In this document: positions 45,753-57,686 of the stretch, one piece after another
How positions within the stretch are numbered: position 1 is the first letter of the stretch
Layout: every line of letters begins with the position of its first letter
Assembly (NCBI GenBank): GCA_023898565.1
Contig: CP060228.1
Location: 25,448 to 89,447 of the forward strand
Reading direction: 5' to 3'
DNA: 64,000 nucleotides
DNA from: Candidatus Nomurabacteria bacterium
GTDB taxonomy: Bacteria; Patescibacteriota; Minisyncoccia; Phycocordibacterales; UBA918
The notes under the pieces: model-generated
The model's input: the letters and a program-made list of their open reading frames with translations, nothing else
What the model was told of the DNA's origin: nothing
The model's database searches: none
Made by a program: the position numbers and the translations under genes

Positions 45753-47135
45753 TTATGCAGCTACCGTTGGCATCCATTTATCGATTTCAGCTGGCTTAAC
45801 ACGCTTCAGTGATGTGCGCGGCAGCATAGCAAGCAACTTCCAACCAATATCAAGTGATTCTTCTACCGAACGGTTTTCAAATTCTCCCTGACCAACGAAC
45901 TCTCGTTCGAACGCATCAGCGAAGCGAAGGTGTGCCTTGTCGGTATCGTCGAGTGATGCTTCACCAAGCACCACCGCGAGCTCACGCACTTCACGACCTG
46001 TCGCATATGATGCGAAGAGCTGATCCTTGAGATTCTTGTGATCCTCACGAGTCTTCCCTTCACCTACACCAGCTGACCAGAGTCGAGACAGTGAACCTTG
46101 TACGTCCACCGGTGGAAATACACCCTTGCGGTAAAGTTCACGAGAAATCACGAACTGACCTTCAGTAATGTACCCCGTAAGGTCTGGCACTGGGTGAGTC
46201 TTGTCGTCGTCTGGCATCGTGAGAATTGGAATCTGGGTAATCGTACCCTTCTTGCCTTTTACGCGACCAGCGCGTTCATAAATAGTTGAGAGGTCAGTGT
46301 AGAGATATCCTGGATACCCACGACGTCCCGGCACTTCCTTACGCGCTGAAGACACTTCGCGAAGCGCTTCACAGTAGTTGGTAAGGTCAGTGAGAATTAC
46401 AAGTACGTGCATTCCCTTTTCAAACGCCAAGTACTCAGCGGTAGTGAGGGCCATGCGCGGAGTTGATACACGCTCTACCACTGGGTCAGCCGCTGTGTTG
46501 ATGAAGAGTACAGAACGCTCAAGCGCACCTGCCTCTTCGAATTCACGACGGAAGTATTCTGCTTCTTCAAATGACACACCGAGTGTCGCAAAAACAATCG
46601 CGAAGTCACTACCGTCCTTTACCGATGCTTGACGCGCAATCTGTGCTGCGAGGCGTGAGTGTGGAAGACCAGCACCCGAGAAAATCGGCAGCTTCTGTCC
46701 GCGCACGAGTGTGTTCATTACGTCGATTGAACCAATACCAGTCTGAATGAAGTCGTTTGGGAATTCACGTGAGAATGGATTGATTGGCTCGCCGGCAATG
46801 TCGCGACGTTGTTCTGGCACGAGTTCCGGACCACCATCAGCTACCTGACCAGCACCATTGAACACACGACCAAGCATGTCTTCTGACACACCAAGCTTGA
46901 GCGTTTCGCCACGGAAACGCGCACGCGTACCGTCGGCAGTCATACCACTCGTCGCATCAAACATCTGCACCACTGCCTTGTCCTTAGACACATCAAGCAC
47001 CTTACCAAAGCGCGGCTTTGACTCTCCTGGTACGTTTACCTCAACAAGTTCTTCGTACTTAGCACCTTCAACTCCTTCTACCACCATTAGTGGTCCAGCA
47101 ATTGAAGCAATGTCTGTATATTCTTTTTGACTCAT
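45753..47135 (-). CDS. atpB: V/A-type ATPase subunit B
   Basis: 460-aa non-catalytic nucleotide-binding subunit. [18 protein letters not shown]. Confidence 0.85.
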   Translation of the reverse strand: MSQKEYTDIASIAGPLMVVEGVEGAKYEELVEVNVPGESKPRFGKVLDVSKDKAVVQMFDATSGMTADGTRARFRGETLKLGVSEDMLGRVFNGAGQVADGGPELVPEQRRDIAGEPINPFSREFPNDFIQTGIGSIDVMNTLVRGQKLPIFSGAGLPHSRLAAQIARQASVKDGSDFAIVFATLGVSFEEAEYFRREFEEAGALERSVLFINTAADPVVERVSTPRMALTTAEYLAFEKGMHVLVILTDLTNYCEALREVSSARKEVPGRRGYPGYLYTDLSTIYERAGRVKGKKGTITQIPILTMPDDDKTHPVPDLTGYITEGQFVISRELYRKGVFPPVDVQGSLSRLWSAGVGEGKTREDHKNLKDQLFASYATGREVRELAVVLGEASLDDTDKAHLRFADAFEREFVGQGEFENRSVEESLDIGWKLLAMLPRTSLKRVKPAEIDKWMPTVAA

Positions 47136-47145
47136 GATACGAAAC

Positions 47146-48945
47146 TTAGTTAGCTGCCAAGGCGCTCACTTCAGCGCGAACGGTATCCTGGAACTTCTGA
47201 TAATCCTCCTTCTTCCACGTAAGCTGATCCTTAAGGGTAGCTACCTGTGCGTATGACGGAATGGCTGTGAAAGCTGCAAATTCAAACTCTGGCTGATTCA
47301 CCACTTCCTGACCAGCGTCGAAGAATGTAATAATTGACTTAAGCATACCGTACTGACGTTCGAGTGGTGTGTAGGCATCATCCTTTGAGAAGGCATCCTG
47401 GAAGAGGAAGTCTTCACGAATCATGCGAGCCACTTCGAGGATAAGTCGGTCTCCGTTTGAAAGTGATTCCATACCTACGAGACGAACAATTTCGAGCAAC
47501 TTTGATTCCTTTTCAAGAAGGGTCATGGCTGTCTTTCGCACATCCACAAAGTCTTCTGCCACTTCTTCCTTCCAGAACTTTTCGAAGTTTGGTGCGTAGA
47601 GTGAGTATGATACGAGCCAGTTGATTGATGGGAAGTGCTTCTTGTACGCCAAGTCTGAGTCGAGTGACCAGAACGTCTTGGTTACACGAAGTGTTGCCTG
47701 TGATACCGGCTCTGAAAGGTCTCCACCTGGAGGCGACACCGCACCAATCACCGTAAGTGACCCAGTACGTCCTTCGCTACCAAGCGTCTTTACGATACCG
47801 GCTCGTTCGTAGAACTCAGCAGTACGTGATGAAAGATACGCAGGATATCCTTCTTCACCTGGCATTTCTTCAAGACGACCAGAAATTTCACGCATCGCTT
47901 CTGCCCAACGTGAGGTTGAGTCTGCCATGAGCGCTACGTTGTAGCCCATGTCACGGTAGTACTCAGCAATGGTGATACCGGTATAGACCGACGCTTCACG
48001 CGCGGCTACTGGCATGTTTGACGTGTTCGCAATGAGAATGGTTCGCTTCATGAGCGGCTCGCCAGTATTTGGGTCGATGAGGTGCGGGAATTCTGAAAGC
48101 ACTTCAGTCATCTCGTTACCACGCTCACCACAACCGATGTACACGATGATTTCCGCGTCACAGTACTTTGCAATACCCTGCTGCGTTACCGTCTTACCAG
48201 CACCAAATGGGCCAGGAATACACCCAGCTCCTCCCTTGGCAATTGGGAAGAAGGTGTCGATGGAACGTCCACCGGTACGAAGTGGCTGCGTTGGGAAGAT
48301 CTTTGATGCCTTTGGGCGAGCCTGACGAATTGGCCAGTGCTGAAGCATTGCAATGCTTGCTATTGTTCCATCAGCGCGAGTGAGTGTAGCTACTTCTTCA
48401 GTCACGGTAAATTCACCGCTCTTGATAGACGCTACTACTCCACCCTCTCCTGGTGGCACCATGACTTTATGCACGATAAGTGAAGTCTCTTGCACTTCAC
48501 CAAGCACATCACCTTCTACAACCGTCGCACCCTCCTTAACTACTGGAGTGAACTTCCACTTCTTACTGGTGTCGATTGCTTCCGCTTCGATACCTCGCTT
48601 AATGAAACAGTTTCCTGCTGCCGCTTCAATCTTGTGGAGCGGTCGCTGCACACCGTCATAAATAGATTCAAGAAGTCCTGGAGCAAGCGCTACTGACATC
48701 GTGCGACCAGTACGGTACACCACGTCACCTGGGCCAACACCCGCTGTTTCTTCATACACCTGAATCGCTGCCACGTCGCCATGGAGCTCGATGATTTCGC
48801 CGAGGAGCTTTTCCTCAGACACCTTTACCACCTCGTAGAGCTTCGCCTCCTTCATACCGTTGGCGCGCACGAGTGGTCCAGTCACACGGAGAATAACACC
48901 AGCCTTGATGTCACCTTGTGTGGTTGTTTCCTGTGATTTCGTCAT
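47146..48945 (-). CDS. atpA: V/A-type ATPase catalytic subunit A
   Basis: GPFGAGKT Walker A. 599 aa with the non-homologous insert typical of A subunits. Confidence 0.9.
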   Translation of the reverse strand: MTKSQETTTQGDIKAGVILRVTGPLVRANGMKEAKLYEVVKVSEEKLLGEIIELHGDVAAIQVYEETAGVGPGDVVYRTGRTMSVALAPGLLESIYDGVQRPLHKIEAAAGNCFIKRGIEAEAIDTSKKWKFTPVVKEGATVVEGDVLGEVQETSLIVHKVMVPPGEGGVVASIKSGEFTVTEEVATLTRADGTIASIAMLQHWPIRQARPKASKIFPTQPLRTGGRSIDTFFPIAKGGAGCIPGPFGAGKTVTQQGIAKYCDAEIIVYIGCGERGNEMTEVLSEFPHLIDPNTGEPLMKRTILIANTSNMPVAAREASVYTGITIAEYYRDMGYNVALMADSTSRWAEAMREISGRLEEMPGEEGYPAYLSSRTAEFYERAGIVKTLGSEGRTGSLTVIGAVSPPGGDLSEPVSQATLRVTKTFWSLDSDLAYKKHFPSINWLVSYSLYAPNFEKFWKEEVAEDFVDVRKTAMTLLEKESKLLEIVRLVGMESLSNGDRLILEVARMIREDFLFQDAFSKDDAYTPLERQYGMLKSIITFFDAGQEVVNQPEFEFAAFTAIPSYAQVATLKDQLTWKKEDYQKFQDTVRAEVSALAAN

Positions 48946-48985
48946 GATGATTTTAATAAATACTAATAGTGAATGAATAAATGAT

Positions 48986-49336
48986 TTAAATGATTGCTGA
49001 TCCTACTGCCTGTTCGGCCAATCGACGGAGTCGCTCGATGGCGAAGCCGCTGCTTCCCTCTGGACCTGGTAACAACACTACTGCTGGCAATGCCCCCTCT
49101 ACTACCTTGGCGTATTCGGCTTGATCAACCATAGTGACCAAATCTTCGATAATACACACAATGGCGTACTTCTTTTCTGATACCGGGTCGAGTGTTTGCT
49201 GTCTAATCTGCCGGAGCTGCTCAAGCGCTTCATCTGCAGTATTGGCTGCAAATGGTTCAACTCCCAAAGCTTTGAACCCAGACACCGTGTCGGCTGGGCC
49301 AACAATGGCAATTTTGTATTCGTTAGTTGTTGACAT
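48986..49336 (-). CDS. atpF: V/A-type ATPase subunit F
   Basis: YKIAIVGPADTVSGFKALGVE. Start at MSTTNEYK. Confidence 0.7.
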   Translation of the reverse strand: MSTTNEYKIAIVGPADTVSGFKALGVEPFAANTADEALEQLRQIRQQTLDPVSEKKYAIVCIIEDLVTMVDQAEYAKVVEGALPAVVLLPGPEGSSGFAIERLRRLAEQAVGSAII

Positions 49337-50306
49337 AAGCCATGCGGAGATTAGCGCGGATATCTTCAAGTGCAAGTCCGTTGTTTCGTCCAACCACAAT
49401 TGCACGAACATTGGCCGCAGCCTGACGACACTTTAAGTAATAGAAGACGAGTGAAGCTGATGAGAACATGTCTGTACTCCCCTCCTTAGCGACTCGAAGC
49501 AGATAGTCGGCCGATGCCGCATCAATGCGTGTGAAGTTTCCTTCTTCAGCAAAGTAGGTAAGCGCATCCTTCCAGAAAGCCTCACCACCAAAGCGCGCGA
49601 AGATTGCCTCAACATCGGCCATGGTTTCGATTTGGTGCGCTCCAAACGTACCACCAGATACAAATGCTGGTTCGAGCTCAACCGACTCATTCTTGAGGCG
49701 ACGGAGTCGACTCTTGAGATTATAGAGATCAATCAAGACACCGAGGTACTGCTTCATAAAAGCATCACCCGCATCTACAATCCGTGTACTCGTCTTAAAG
49801 TAGAGCTCGTCAAAAACAGCGTCCACTTTACTTAGTTCACCGGCTTCTACGAGCGCCGCTGCCGCAGCGAAGGCTTCTTGCCATCCTGCCTGCAATGATG
49901 AGAGCGAACGTTCGGCCACATGCTTATGCAGCTGCTCAGGCTCGTAGATACCGCGGCCTGAAAGGAACGGTGTACACTCCTCATACGAGAGCCCGGTCGC
50001 CAAACCTTTAGCAAAAGCACGAAGATTATGAATGTCATACTGCACCCACAACACGCGAAGCATATCGCCGTCAGGCGCAATACTGTGAATGAGCTTTTTT
50101 GCATCAATCAAAGTCTGCTCGATTGCGAGACCAAGGTCTTCGTTTGGTACACGAAGTACGTATGGCGCAAGGTACGTTTCCTTAAGCGCTGACTGCAAGT
50201 CGGCACCAGGCTCAGCCACCAGCAAACGCTCGATGTCTGTCTTTGAAAGGAGAAACTGCGCTAAGGCATTAACTCGACTGACACTGTAAATATAAGCGGT
50301 TTGCAT
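49323..50306 (-). CDS. atpC: V/A-type ATPase subunit C (d)
   Basis: 327-aa helical protein at the expected operon position. Confidence 0.7.
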   Translation of the reverse strand: MQTAYIYSVSRVNALAQFLLSKTDIERLLVAEPGADLQSALKETYLAPYVLRVPNEDLGLAIEQTLIDAKKLIHSIAPDGDMLRVLWVQYDIHNLRAFAKGLATGLSYEECTPFLSGRGIYEPEQLHKHVAERSLSSLQAGWQEAFAAAAALVEAGELSKVDAVFDELYFKTSTRIVDAGDAFMKQYLGVLIDLYNLKSRLRRLKNESVELEPAFVSGGTFGAHQIETMADVEAIFARFGGEAFWKDALTYFAEEGNFTRIDAASADYLLRVAKEGSTDMFSSASLVFYYLKCRQAAANVRAIVVGRNNGLALEDIRANLRMAYVNN

Positions 50307-50314
50307 GATTATAA

Positions 50315-50884
50315 TTACGCCATTACTTTGCGAGTAATTTCCATCTCGACTTCAGCACGAACATCACTCATAAGACGTCCGAGTGTTACGTCGTACACGC
50401 CATCCTTAGCCATCACCACAAGTCCAGCTTGCAGTTTTGCATTTTCTACAATATCGCCAGCAAGTCCGGCCTCTTTAAGAATAGCTTCGGTTTCTGCTAC
50501 GCGAGTAGCCGGCGCCTCAACTGACACTACCTCGACATCTTTACCAACAATCGCTGCAACTTGCTTAGCAAAGAATGCTGTATATGCAGCCGCGTCAAGA
50601 GCGAGAATTTCTGCTGTAACTTCAGCAAAGACCGCATCAACTTGCGTACGCTTTGCTTCCTGCACAGCAATCTTCCCAGCTTGTTTCGCTTTAGCGAGTG
50701 TCACCAACTCAAGATGCGCCTTGCGCTTGGCAAGTTCCGCTTCTTTAGTAGTAGTAAGCGCTGTTACCGCAGCGTCGGTCTCACGCTTGATCGCTTCAAC
50801 CTTCGCTTCGCCAGCAGCTTGAATATCAGCTACTGTCGCAGCCGCTTCTTGTTTGATTTTTTCAACCAGCGTGTTTTCCGACAT
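50315..50884 (-). CDS. atpE: V/A-type ATPase subunit E
   Basis: 189-aa coiled-coil N-terminus plus globular C-terminus. Confidence 0.7.
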   Translation of the reverse strand: MSENTLVEKIKQEAAATVADIQAAGEAKVEAIKRETDAAVTALTTTKEAELAKRKAHLELVTLAKAKQAGKIAVQEAKRTQVDAVFAEVTAEILALDAAAYTAFFAKQVAAIVGKDVEVVSVEAPATRVAETEAILKEAGLAGDIVENAKLQAGLVVMAKDGVYDVTLGRLMSDVRAEVEMEITRKVMA

Positions 50885-50904
50885 AGTGGATTTGTTACGA
50901 ATAA

Positions 50905-51402
<498 letters not shown>

Positions 51403-51440
51403 TTAATTGTTGCTAATAAATAATCATTTATTCATTACGA

Positions 51441-53402
51441 TCAATCATCATTAATCGTAACGTAATCTTCTGATCGAGCGAGAGGAGAGAAATCTTTACC
51501 AGTGCCGGCAATAAATTTACCGAAGAATTCCACAAATTGGAGACGAGCACTATGTACGAAGGCACCAAGTGTATTGATGGCGAGGGTAAACATATGCCCT
51601 ACAAAGAGAATAATGGCTGAAAGGATGAATCCGATATACGGCACATCAATGAGCATGCTCGCGATAAGATTTACCGCAAACGCGAGCGCTGAAGTCGCTA
51701 GTCCAAGCGCAAGGAGACGTGAGTATGAAAGCACGTCTGAGAAATAACCAACGCCAGCGTAGAGACCAGCCGCCGCTGAGATAATTTTCCCGACAATACC
51801 ATTTCCGTTACGGCCGCTTGAGAGCACAATCAGTGCGGCACCGAGGTAGCCAAGTTTTCCAATTACATCAACCGAAACCACATCTACCCAGCCAATTGCC
51901 GTAAGCACATAGAGAATACCGACACCAAAAGTAAAGAGCCACGGCCCCTGATCAAGCACACCATTCATCAACTGACCATTGCGTGCGTCGCTGTAGATCT
52001 TAAGAATCATACCTACCATCACCTGGAACACACCAAGAGAAAGCGCTAAGTAGAACACTGGAAGCGGGTTGCCAATCGGGTCAAATTTTTGCATCGCTTG
52101 CAGAGGTGCGGGAAGCTGATCAACCGCAATTCCAAAGTATCCACCAAAGAGTGCGCCCACAAGCACTGTCGCAAAACCAATATACAAAAGCAGCTTAGCA
52201 AATGAGCGAGTAGCTGCCTTTACCTTACAGAACAGCAAAATAAATGAAGACGCGATTACTAACGCCAGACCGTACCCTACGTCAGTCAGACACAAACCAA
52301 AGTACAGGAAGAAGAATCCTGCGAGGTAGGCGGTTGGATCTAGGTCTTTGTACCCAGGCATACCATAGAGACGAGTCACTGCTTCAAATGGCTGTACAAA
52401 CTTGGAGTTAACCACATCAACTGGCGGCTCTTCACCTTCCTCAAGCGGTGCTTCTGCAATAACTGCGGCAAGCCCCTTCTCTTTGAAGGAAGCTTCAATC
52501 GTCGGACGACTTTCAGCCTTAAGCCAACCATCAAATACCACTGAGTATTTAGTCGCTACCGCCGAAGCGGTCACTGCAAAACGATCTCGCTGCCATGACA
52601 AAATTTCAGAAGCGATCTGCAGCTTCTTGTAGTGCGTAATCGCAAAGTGTTCTGCTTGGTCGTGCAAAAGTGCTAGTTCGCTCTTAACGGCCGCAAGCTG
52701 CTCAGCCACTGCGACCACTTCAATATCAGCTGTTTCTGTGCCGATTGGCAATGAGACCACTTCACCATCAACTGATTCAATCAGCTTCTTAGCTTCATTA
52801 ATACTTACTTCGTCATTAGCTACCGTAAGCGCAGCGGTCTGCACTGACACTACCGTAACAACTGCAGACAAGCCAGACTCACTAAGCGCAGTAAGGAGCT
52901 CAGCTTCAATAGTATGCGCGTCGGTTGCCTGATGTCCTTTTATTAAAAAAGTCTGTGTTCGCTTAGTACTGAGCTCACTAAGCTTGATTGGAAGCGCGCT
53001 CCATTCCACCAACAAATCATGTTTAGCCTGCAACTCTTCAGACTTTTCAGTCACTTCAGCAAATTCCACCTGTAGCTTTTCTAGGTCATCTACCACAGAA
53101 GAAACTACATCAGTATCTTTAAGCTGCTTTGCTACATCAGCCTCGGTAAGCGAGGTTAGAGATCCTTCACGAAGCGTCTTCCAAAGACCGACTTCAGGCG
53201 CATATGGCGCAAGCCACTGAATAGCGTGCTGTACACGAGGCAAGAGTGCTGCATGCGGGAATGATAAATCAGCTGCAGCGGCATTCTCCAGCTTAGTTTC
53301 ACGAAATTCCAGTGCACCAGCACGCTGCACTACATCAAGTGCGGCATCCACGTCATGTTCGTGGACCATCAAACGCACCTTTTGCATTGGAATAACTGCC
53401 AT
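51441..53402 (-). CDS. atpI: V/A-type ATPase subunit I (a)
   Basis: 653 aa, with an N-terminal soluble coiled-coil and a C-terminal 8-TM domain. Confidence 0.8.
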   Translation of the reverse strand: MAVIPMQKVRLMVHEHDVDAALDVVQRAGALEFRETKLENAAAADLSFPHAALLPRVQHAIQWLAPYAPEVGLWKTLREGSLTSLTEADVAKQLKDTDVVSSVVDDLEKLQVEFAEVTEKSEELQAKHDLLVEWSALPIKLSELSTKRTQTFLIKGHQATDAHTIEAELLTALSESGLSAVVTVVSVQTAALTVANDEVSINEAKKLIESVDGEVVSLPIGTETADIEVVAVAEQLAAVKSELALLHDQAEHFAITHYKKLQIASEILSWQRDRFAVTASAVATKYSVVFDGWLKAESRPTIEASFKEKGLAAVIAEAPLEEGEEPPVDVVNSKFVQPFEAVTRLYGMPGYKDLDPTAYLAGFFFLYFGLCLTDVGYGLALVIASSFILLFCKVKAATRSFAKLLLYIGFATVLVGALFGGYFGIAVDQLPAPLQAMQKFDPIGNPLPVFYLALSLGVFQVMVGMILKIYSDARNGQLMNGVLDQGPWLFTFGVGILYVLTAIGWVDVVSVDVIGKLGYLGAALIVLSSGRNGNGIVGKIISAAAGLYAGVGYFSDVLSYSRLLALGLATSALAFAVNLIASMLIDVPYIGFILSAIILFVGHMFTLAINTLGAFVHSARLQFVEFFGKFIAGTGKDFSPLARSEDYVTINDD

Positions 53403-53419
53403 ATCGAAATATTAAGAAA

Positions 53420-53719
53420 TTAAAAACGTTCTTTTAGAATCTTCACAGCCTCTGCTTTTTTTGATGCAAACTGCTTTTCTACTGCAGCCACTTCGGTCGT
53501 AGCCGCTGCAGCAATCTTTTCTGCCGCCGCTTCAAGACTCTTTTGATGCGCCGCCATTTCGGCTTCAGCCTTAGCGGTAAGTGCAGCTTCAGCTTCTGCT
53601 ACCGCAGTTTTGCGTGCAGCTTCAGCTTCTGCTACCGCAGCCGCTACGGTCTCTTTTGCTGTCTGGATTGCTTGCTCAGCTTCCTGCTCAGCAGTCATAA
53701 CTTCATTAAACGCAGTCAT
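53420..53719 (-). CDS. V/A-type ATPase subunit G/H-like (Ala-rich coiled coil)
   Basis: About 99 aa with AEAEAA repeats at the first operon position. Start at MTAFNEV. Confidence 0.55.
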   Translation of the reverse strand: MTAFNEVMTAEQEAEQAIQTAKETVAAAVAEAEAARKTAVAEAEAALTAKAEAEMAAHQKSLEAAAEKIAAAATTEVAAVEKQFASKKAEAVKILKERF

Positions 53720-54005
53720 AAAATAAAAAGCGATAAAACTTATATAAAGCAAACAGAGCACCTGTTTGCGAGGCTGCAAAACGTCTACCAAGGAGGTGGT
53801 CGAAACTCCGACCGGTCTTGCGACTGCATACTACTACTTTGTTTTATGCAGTCAAGCAAACGACCTTGATAACACGAGAAAAGTGACAGCTGTCAAACGT
53901 GACTCTGCTATACTAAAAGACATGCAATACGTTATCATGGCGATTCTAGGTTTTATCCTACTTGCAATCATCAACTCATACTTCGGCGGCAATCCGCTTG
54001 GCTAA

Positions 54006-54362
54006 TCATGGGAGCCAAATGCGACTGCGGTTTCGAGCAATCAGACGATAAAACCATTCACCAAAGCGCTGCATAAACCTTGGGCGCGCTAACGGCACCA
54101 GTATCCATAGTATCGATGAGTGCCGTGCCACCTCTACCCCAGCTTGAAATGTCGTAAATGTTTCGCCTTTTTCATTTACCACCACCCACGAATCATACTT
54201 TTGCATAATTGCGTACATTCCACTGTCTGCTTGTGCTGGACCAGTGTGTGAAGTGTGCACTAAGAAATACCGCACTATGAGTTCTACACCTCGACGACAG
54301 AAGCCACAATTACCATCATAGTAAATGGCGACTTTTGGTTTTTGTGGTACTTTTTGAGACAT
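54006..54362 (-). CDS. Thiol-disulfide oxidoreductase DCC family (DUF393) protein
   Basis: AIYYDGNCGFCRRGVE matches the YDGxCxxC motif. The start codon overlaps the divergent truB start. Confidence 0.65.
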   Translation of the reverse strand: MSQKVPQKPKVAIYYDGNCGFCRRGVELIVRYFLVHTSHTGPAQADSGMYAIMQKYDSWVVVNEKGETFTTFQAGVEVARHSSILWILVPLARPRFMQRFGEWFYRLIARNRSRIWLP

Positions 54363-55248
54363 GAAGATACCTAAGTATATCATTCTTGATAAAGCCGTTG
54401 GCGAAACGCCACTTTCTTGTACCGAAGCGTACCGTGCGACACGCCCTGAGCTTATTGGTGTGCCAATGGCATACGCCGGTCGCCTAGACCCGATGGCTTC
54501 GGGTAAGCTACTTGTACTCCTTGGTGACGAATGTAAAAACCAAACAAACTACCACGGACTCGATAAAGAGTATGAGTTTTCGGTGCTGTTTGGTATTGCG
54601 TCAGATACGCAGGATGTGTTGGGGCGACTCTCAACTTGTACCTTCGACAGCACTGACAATCAATCATCGGACTGTGTAGGACTCGGGCTAGCGCCCCGGA
54701 GCGCACAGGATGAGGATTCGATTGTCAGTGCACTACAAAAAGAAATTGCAACTCTGATTGGCCCCATCGAACTCCCCTACCCACACTTCTCAGCCAAAAC
54801 CGTCCAAGGCAAACCACTGCATATGTGGACCTTAGAAGGCCGACTTAATGAAATCACTATTCCAACCCAAGCTTCTGAAATCTACGAACTGGAACTGGTC
54901 GGCACCGAAACCAAAACGCGCGAAGTGGTGGCTGCGGAAGCGCGAGCAAAAATCGATACCATCCCCCCAGTGACCGACCTACGCAAAGCACTTGGCAATG
55001 ATTTTAGGCGCGTTGATGTACGAAAGGACTGGGCCGAAATTGCCTCTGGCAATTTCGGCCCAGTCCCCCTCCCTGATTCATACCTTATCGCCCATTTACG
55101 CTGCATTGCGTCTTCGGGCACCTACATGCGTTCACTCGCCGAGCTCATCGGAGAAAAACTCGGCAGCTGCAGTCTCGCCTGGCGCATTCACCGTACCAAA
55201 ATCGGCACGTTTGATACCACCACTAAAAACTGGACCACGCAGCACTAA
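54361..55248 (+). CDS. truB: tRNA pseudouridine(55) synthase TruB-like
   Basis: AYAGRLDPMASGKLLVLLG catalytic Asp motif. Confidence 0.75.
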   Translation: MKIPKYIILDKAVGETPLSCTEAYRATRPELIGVPMAYAGRLDPMASGKLLVLLGDECKNQTNYHGLDKEYEFSVLFGIASDTQDVLGRLSTCTFDSTDNQSSDCVGLGLAPRSAQDEDSIVSALQKEIATLIGPIELPYPHFSAKTVQGKPLHMWTLEGRLNEITIPTQASEIYELELVGTETKTREVVAAEARAKIDTIPPVTDLRKALGNDFRRVDVRKDWAEIASGNFGPVPLPDSYLIAHLRCIASSGTYMRSLAELIGEKLGSCSLAWRIHRTKIGTFDTTTKNWTTQH

Positions 55249-55280
55249 AGCGGGCGGACCCAAAGGGTCCGCCGCTTTTA
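55247..55280. terminator. Bidirectional terminator between truB and the GH15 gene
   Basis: aaagcgggcggaccc aaa gggtccgccgctttt. Confidence 0.8.
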
Positions 55281-55284
55281 GTAC

Positions 55285-57258
55285 CTACTTCTCTTTCAGC
55301 TCCCCGGCTTTTTCCAAGTACGCCTGAACCGCCAATACAAACTCCGCATGACTCCACACCAAAGGCGCAGTTGAGAGTTGCTCACGCGTATCCGGATGCA
55401 TCTGCTCAGCCAACACTCCGCCAGCTGTTGCATGTGAAGCAGTCCACTCCAAGAGCTCCAAGACTGGCTTCAAATCCTTTAATTTTTCCGCTTTCAAAAT
55501 ATGATACCGTGCCACCCACAGGGTCGTAATTACCCACGGGTTTGGTGATGCTGCCTCACGCATGCGATAGTACTGATCACCTTCGTAGCGCACATACCCC
55601 TTACTGTTTCCCGACACTGCCAAACAAGACTCTACCGCCTGCATCATACGCGTAATCTTCTCGTCCTCAACATCAAACACTCGAAACACCAATAAGCCGT
55701 ACAGACTACTTGTGTCGACTGTTTTATCAAAAACAAGCTCGCTATCCGCAGTGTGCACCACATGCTTCACAAAAATTCCTCGCTCTTCATCAAACAACAC
55801 TTTTTCAATCGCGCTACGCATACGCTGTGCTACTGCTTGATATGTGCGTGACGGCTCGTCTTTCCCGAGTAAGTTGGCAAACTTTGCCGCCGCCATCAGA
55901 CCACCATAAACTGACGCCGCAGTGTAGGTTGATGTTCCGTACTTTTCTTCCCACAAATCAAAAGATGCTTGCGGCAAACCAGTCAAGGACTCGGTGTACT
56001 GACACATGAATTCAGCCGCTGGCTCGATAAAGCGATTGTACATTGATTCTACAAACTCGATATCTCGGTATCGCTCGTAGTGTTCCCACAGCGTAAACAC
56101 GATTGTTGCCGTCTCGTCTTCCTGAATCGGTAAGCGAGGCTCACCATTTATAATCCATGGATGCCACGAACTACCAAGCACCCCATCAGATCGATACTTG
56201 TGCATCAGATAACCGCTCGGATCAAGTCGATCGGCCACAAACTCAAAGAAACGAGTCGACACATCACGATACCCTGCTTTCCCCAACGCCTCGGCGATAA
56301 ACGCAGCATCACGCGGCCATACGTAACTGTAGGTATCGCGACCATGATGCAACATATCAGTATCACTCGACGCAATAATGCCACCACGATTATCCGTATG
56401 CACACGCATGACCATGAGCGAACGTTTGTATAGAGTTTGCAGTTCTTCGGAAAGCAGCGAAAGATCGGTCCTCTCCTTCTCAAGCCAGGCGTGCCAATAC
56501 GCGTCAGTCGACGCGATGAGTCGGTCAGCACCCTCGCTTAATACCAGCTCATCCAGCACATGTGCCTCAGCAATTGATGGCGCGCACACAATCCAGTAAT
56601 ACGCATCATTTGAAGCATGCCCCGCCACTGAAAAAGCAAGACCAATCACCGAATCAACCGAGCCGTGCTCAATCGGATTTCGCTCCAACACTCCATCGAC
56701 GGCATCAAAGTAGGTACCTTCCTTGCCCTCAATGCCAAATAAGCCAATGTTGTACTCTTGGAACGGCTGACCACCACTCATAGCATTTACCAAAATAGTC
56801 GTGTCTCCCTTGTAGTGGACAATGGCATTCACCCGCGGATCAAAAAAGCCAGTGTCGCCGCGCCGCGATTCAAAGATACGAAATTGCTGCGAAATAAACA
56901 GCTTGATAGTGCGCGTTTCTTTCCGGTGGTTATGAATGGTGAAGTGACGCAGAAAAACATCGTGCTCATTATGCACCGCATCACGACTTGATATTGAAAT
57001 ACCGAGAGATTCATTTTCAGCAAAGAGCGAACCAATGCAAGTCTCGGCCTCAAAGCCAGCCGTCACTTTCCAATCGGAGTCATCAAGCCAGGAAATTCGA
57101 TCATCGACATACACGCCAATGCGGTGCACATAATTACCGCTCGCACCACTAACATGATTGGCTTCACCAACATATGGGTAGTACAAATCACGCACCTGAC
57201 CTTTCGTATCAAGTCCGACCAACACTTTTCCATTACCAATAGTGACCGCGCGAGCCAT
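55285..57258 (-). CDS. Glycoside hydrolase family 15 (glucoamylase/glucodextranase/trehalase-like)
   Basis: (alpha/alpha)6 barrel signatures. SFDLWEEKYG catalytic-region motif. 657 aa with an N-terminal beta-sandwich. Confidence 0.7.
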   Translation of the reverse strand: MARAVTIGNGKVLVGLDTKGQVRDLYYPYVGEANHVSGASGNYVHRIGVYVDDRISWLDDSDWKVTAGFEAETCIGSLFAENESLGISISSRDAVHNEHDVFLRHFTIHNHRKETRTIKLFISQQFRIFESRRGDTGFFDPRVNAIVHYKGDTTILVNAMSGGQPFQEYNIGLFGIEGKEGTYFDAVDGVLERNPIEHGSVDSVIGLAFSVAGHASNDAYYWIVCAPSIAEAHVLDELVLSEGADRLIASTDAYWHAWLEKERTDLSLLSEELQTLYKRSLMVMRVHTDNRGGIIASSDTDMLHHGRDTYSYVWPRDAAFIAEALGKAGYRDVSTRFFEFVADRLDPSGYLMHKYRSDGVLGSSWHPWIINGEPRLPIQEDETATIVFTLWEHYERYRDIEFVESMYNRFIEPAAEFMCQYTESLTGLPQASFDLWEEKYGTSTYTAASVYGGLMAAAKFANLLGKDEPSRTYQAVAQRMRSAIEKVLFDEERGIFVKHVVHTADSELVFDKTVDTSSLYGLLVFRVFDVEDEKITRMMQAVESCLAVSGNSKGYVRYEGDQYYRMREAASPNPWVITTLWVARYHILKAEKLKDLKPVLELLEWTASHATAGGVLAEQMHPDTREQLSTAPLVWSHAEFVLAVQAYLEKAGELKEK

Positions 57259-57263
57259 ACTAA

Positions 57264-57668
57264 TTACACAGCGTAGAATTTAAGATGCTTCACCACTGCA
57301 GTCTTGGCAGACTTTTTTGTCTTTGCCTTGCCGAGGTCCTTGGCACAATCAGCATCACAGAGCACTTGCTCAACCCAAATTGCAAAGTCGTTTTGCACTG
57401 GGCCAGCATGAAAACCGTAGACCTCCTTTTCCATTGCATCAAGCGCATCACGGAGTGCAATGAGACTATTTAAAACTTGACCGTCACTAACCCAGAATGA
57501 GCGCTCATTATCGGCATATACTAATTCTTTCTTAGACTGTTTTGCAGTCTTTTTGGGCACAGTCTTTTTTGCTGCCACCTTTTTCTTTGGCGCCGACTTA
57601 GTGACTGACTTCTTCACAGCCTCTTTTTTTGACGCTGCTTTAGTTGTCTTTTTTGTTGTCATGTACAT
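57264..57668 (-). CDS. Protein with a Lys/Ala-rich histone-H1-like N-terminal tail and a conserved C-terminal domain of unknown function
   Basis: KKTTKAASKKEAVKKSVTKSAPKKKVAAKKTVPKKTAK low-complexity tail. Confidence 0.45.
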   Translation of the reverse strand: MYMTTKKTTKAASKKEAVKKSVTKSAPKKKVAAKKTVPKKTAKQSKKELVYADNERSFWVSDGQVLNSLIALRDALDAMEKEVYGFHAGPVQNDFAIWVEQVLCDADCAKDLGKAKTKKSAKTAVVKHLKFYAV

Positions 57669-57686
57669 TAAGAACTTATCTCCAAA

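Noticed and set aside
53570-53650. ~30-bp direct repeat (gcttcagcttctgctaccgcag x2)
   Set aside because: It lies inside the V-ATPase G/H-like gene and simply encodes the repeated Ala/Glu coiled-coil heptads (TAVAEAEAA).
54361-54362. Overlapping divergent start codons of the DCC-family gene and truB as a regulatory feature
   Set aside because: Alternative downstream starts exist for both genes. The overlap may be an annotation choice rather than biology.
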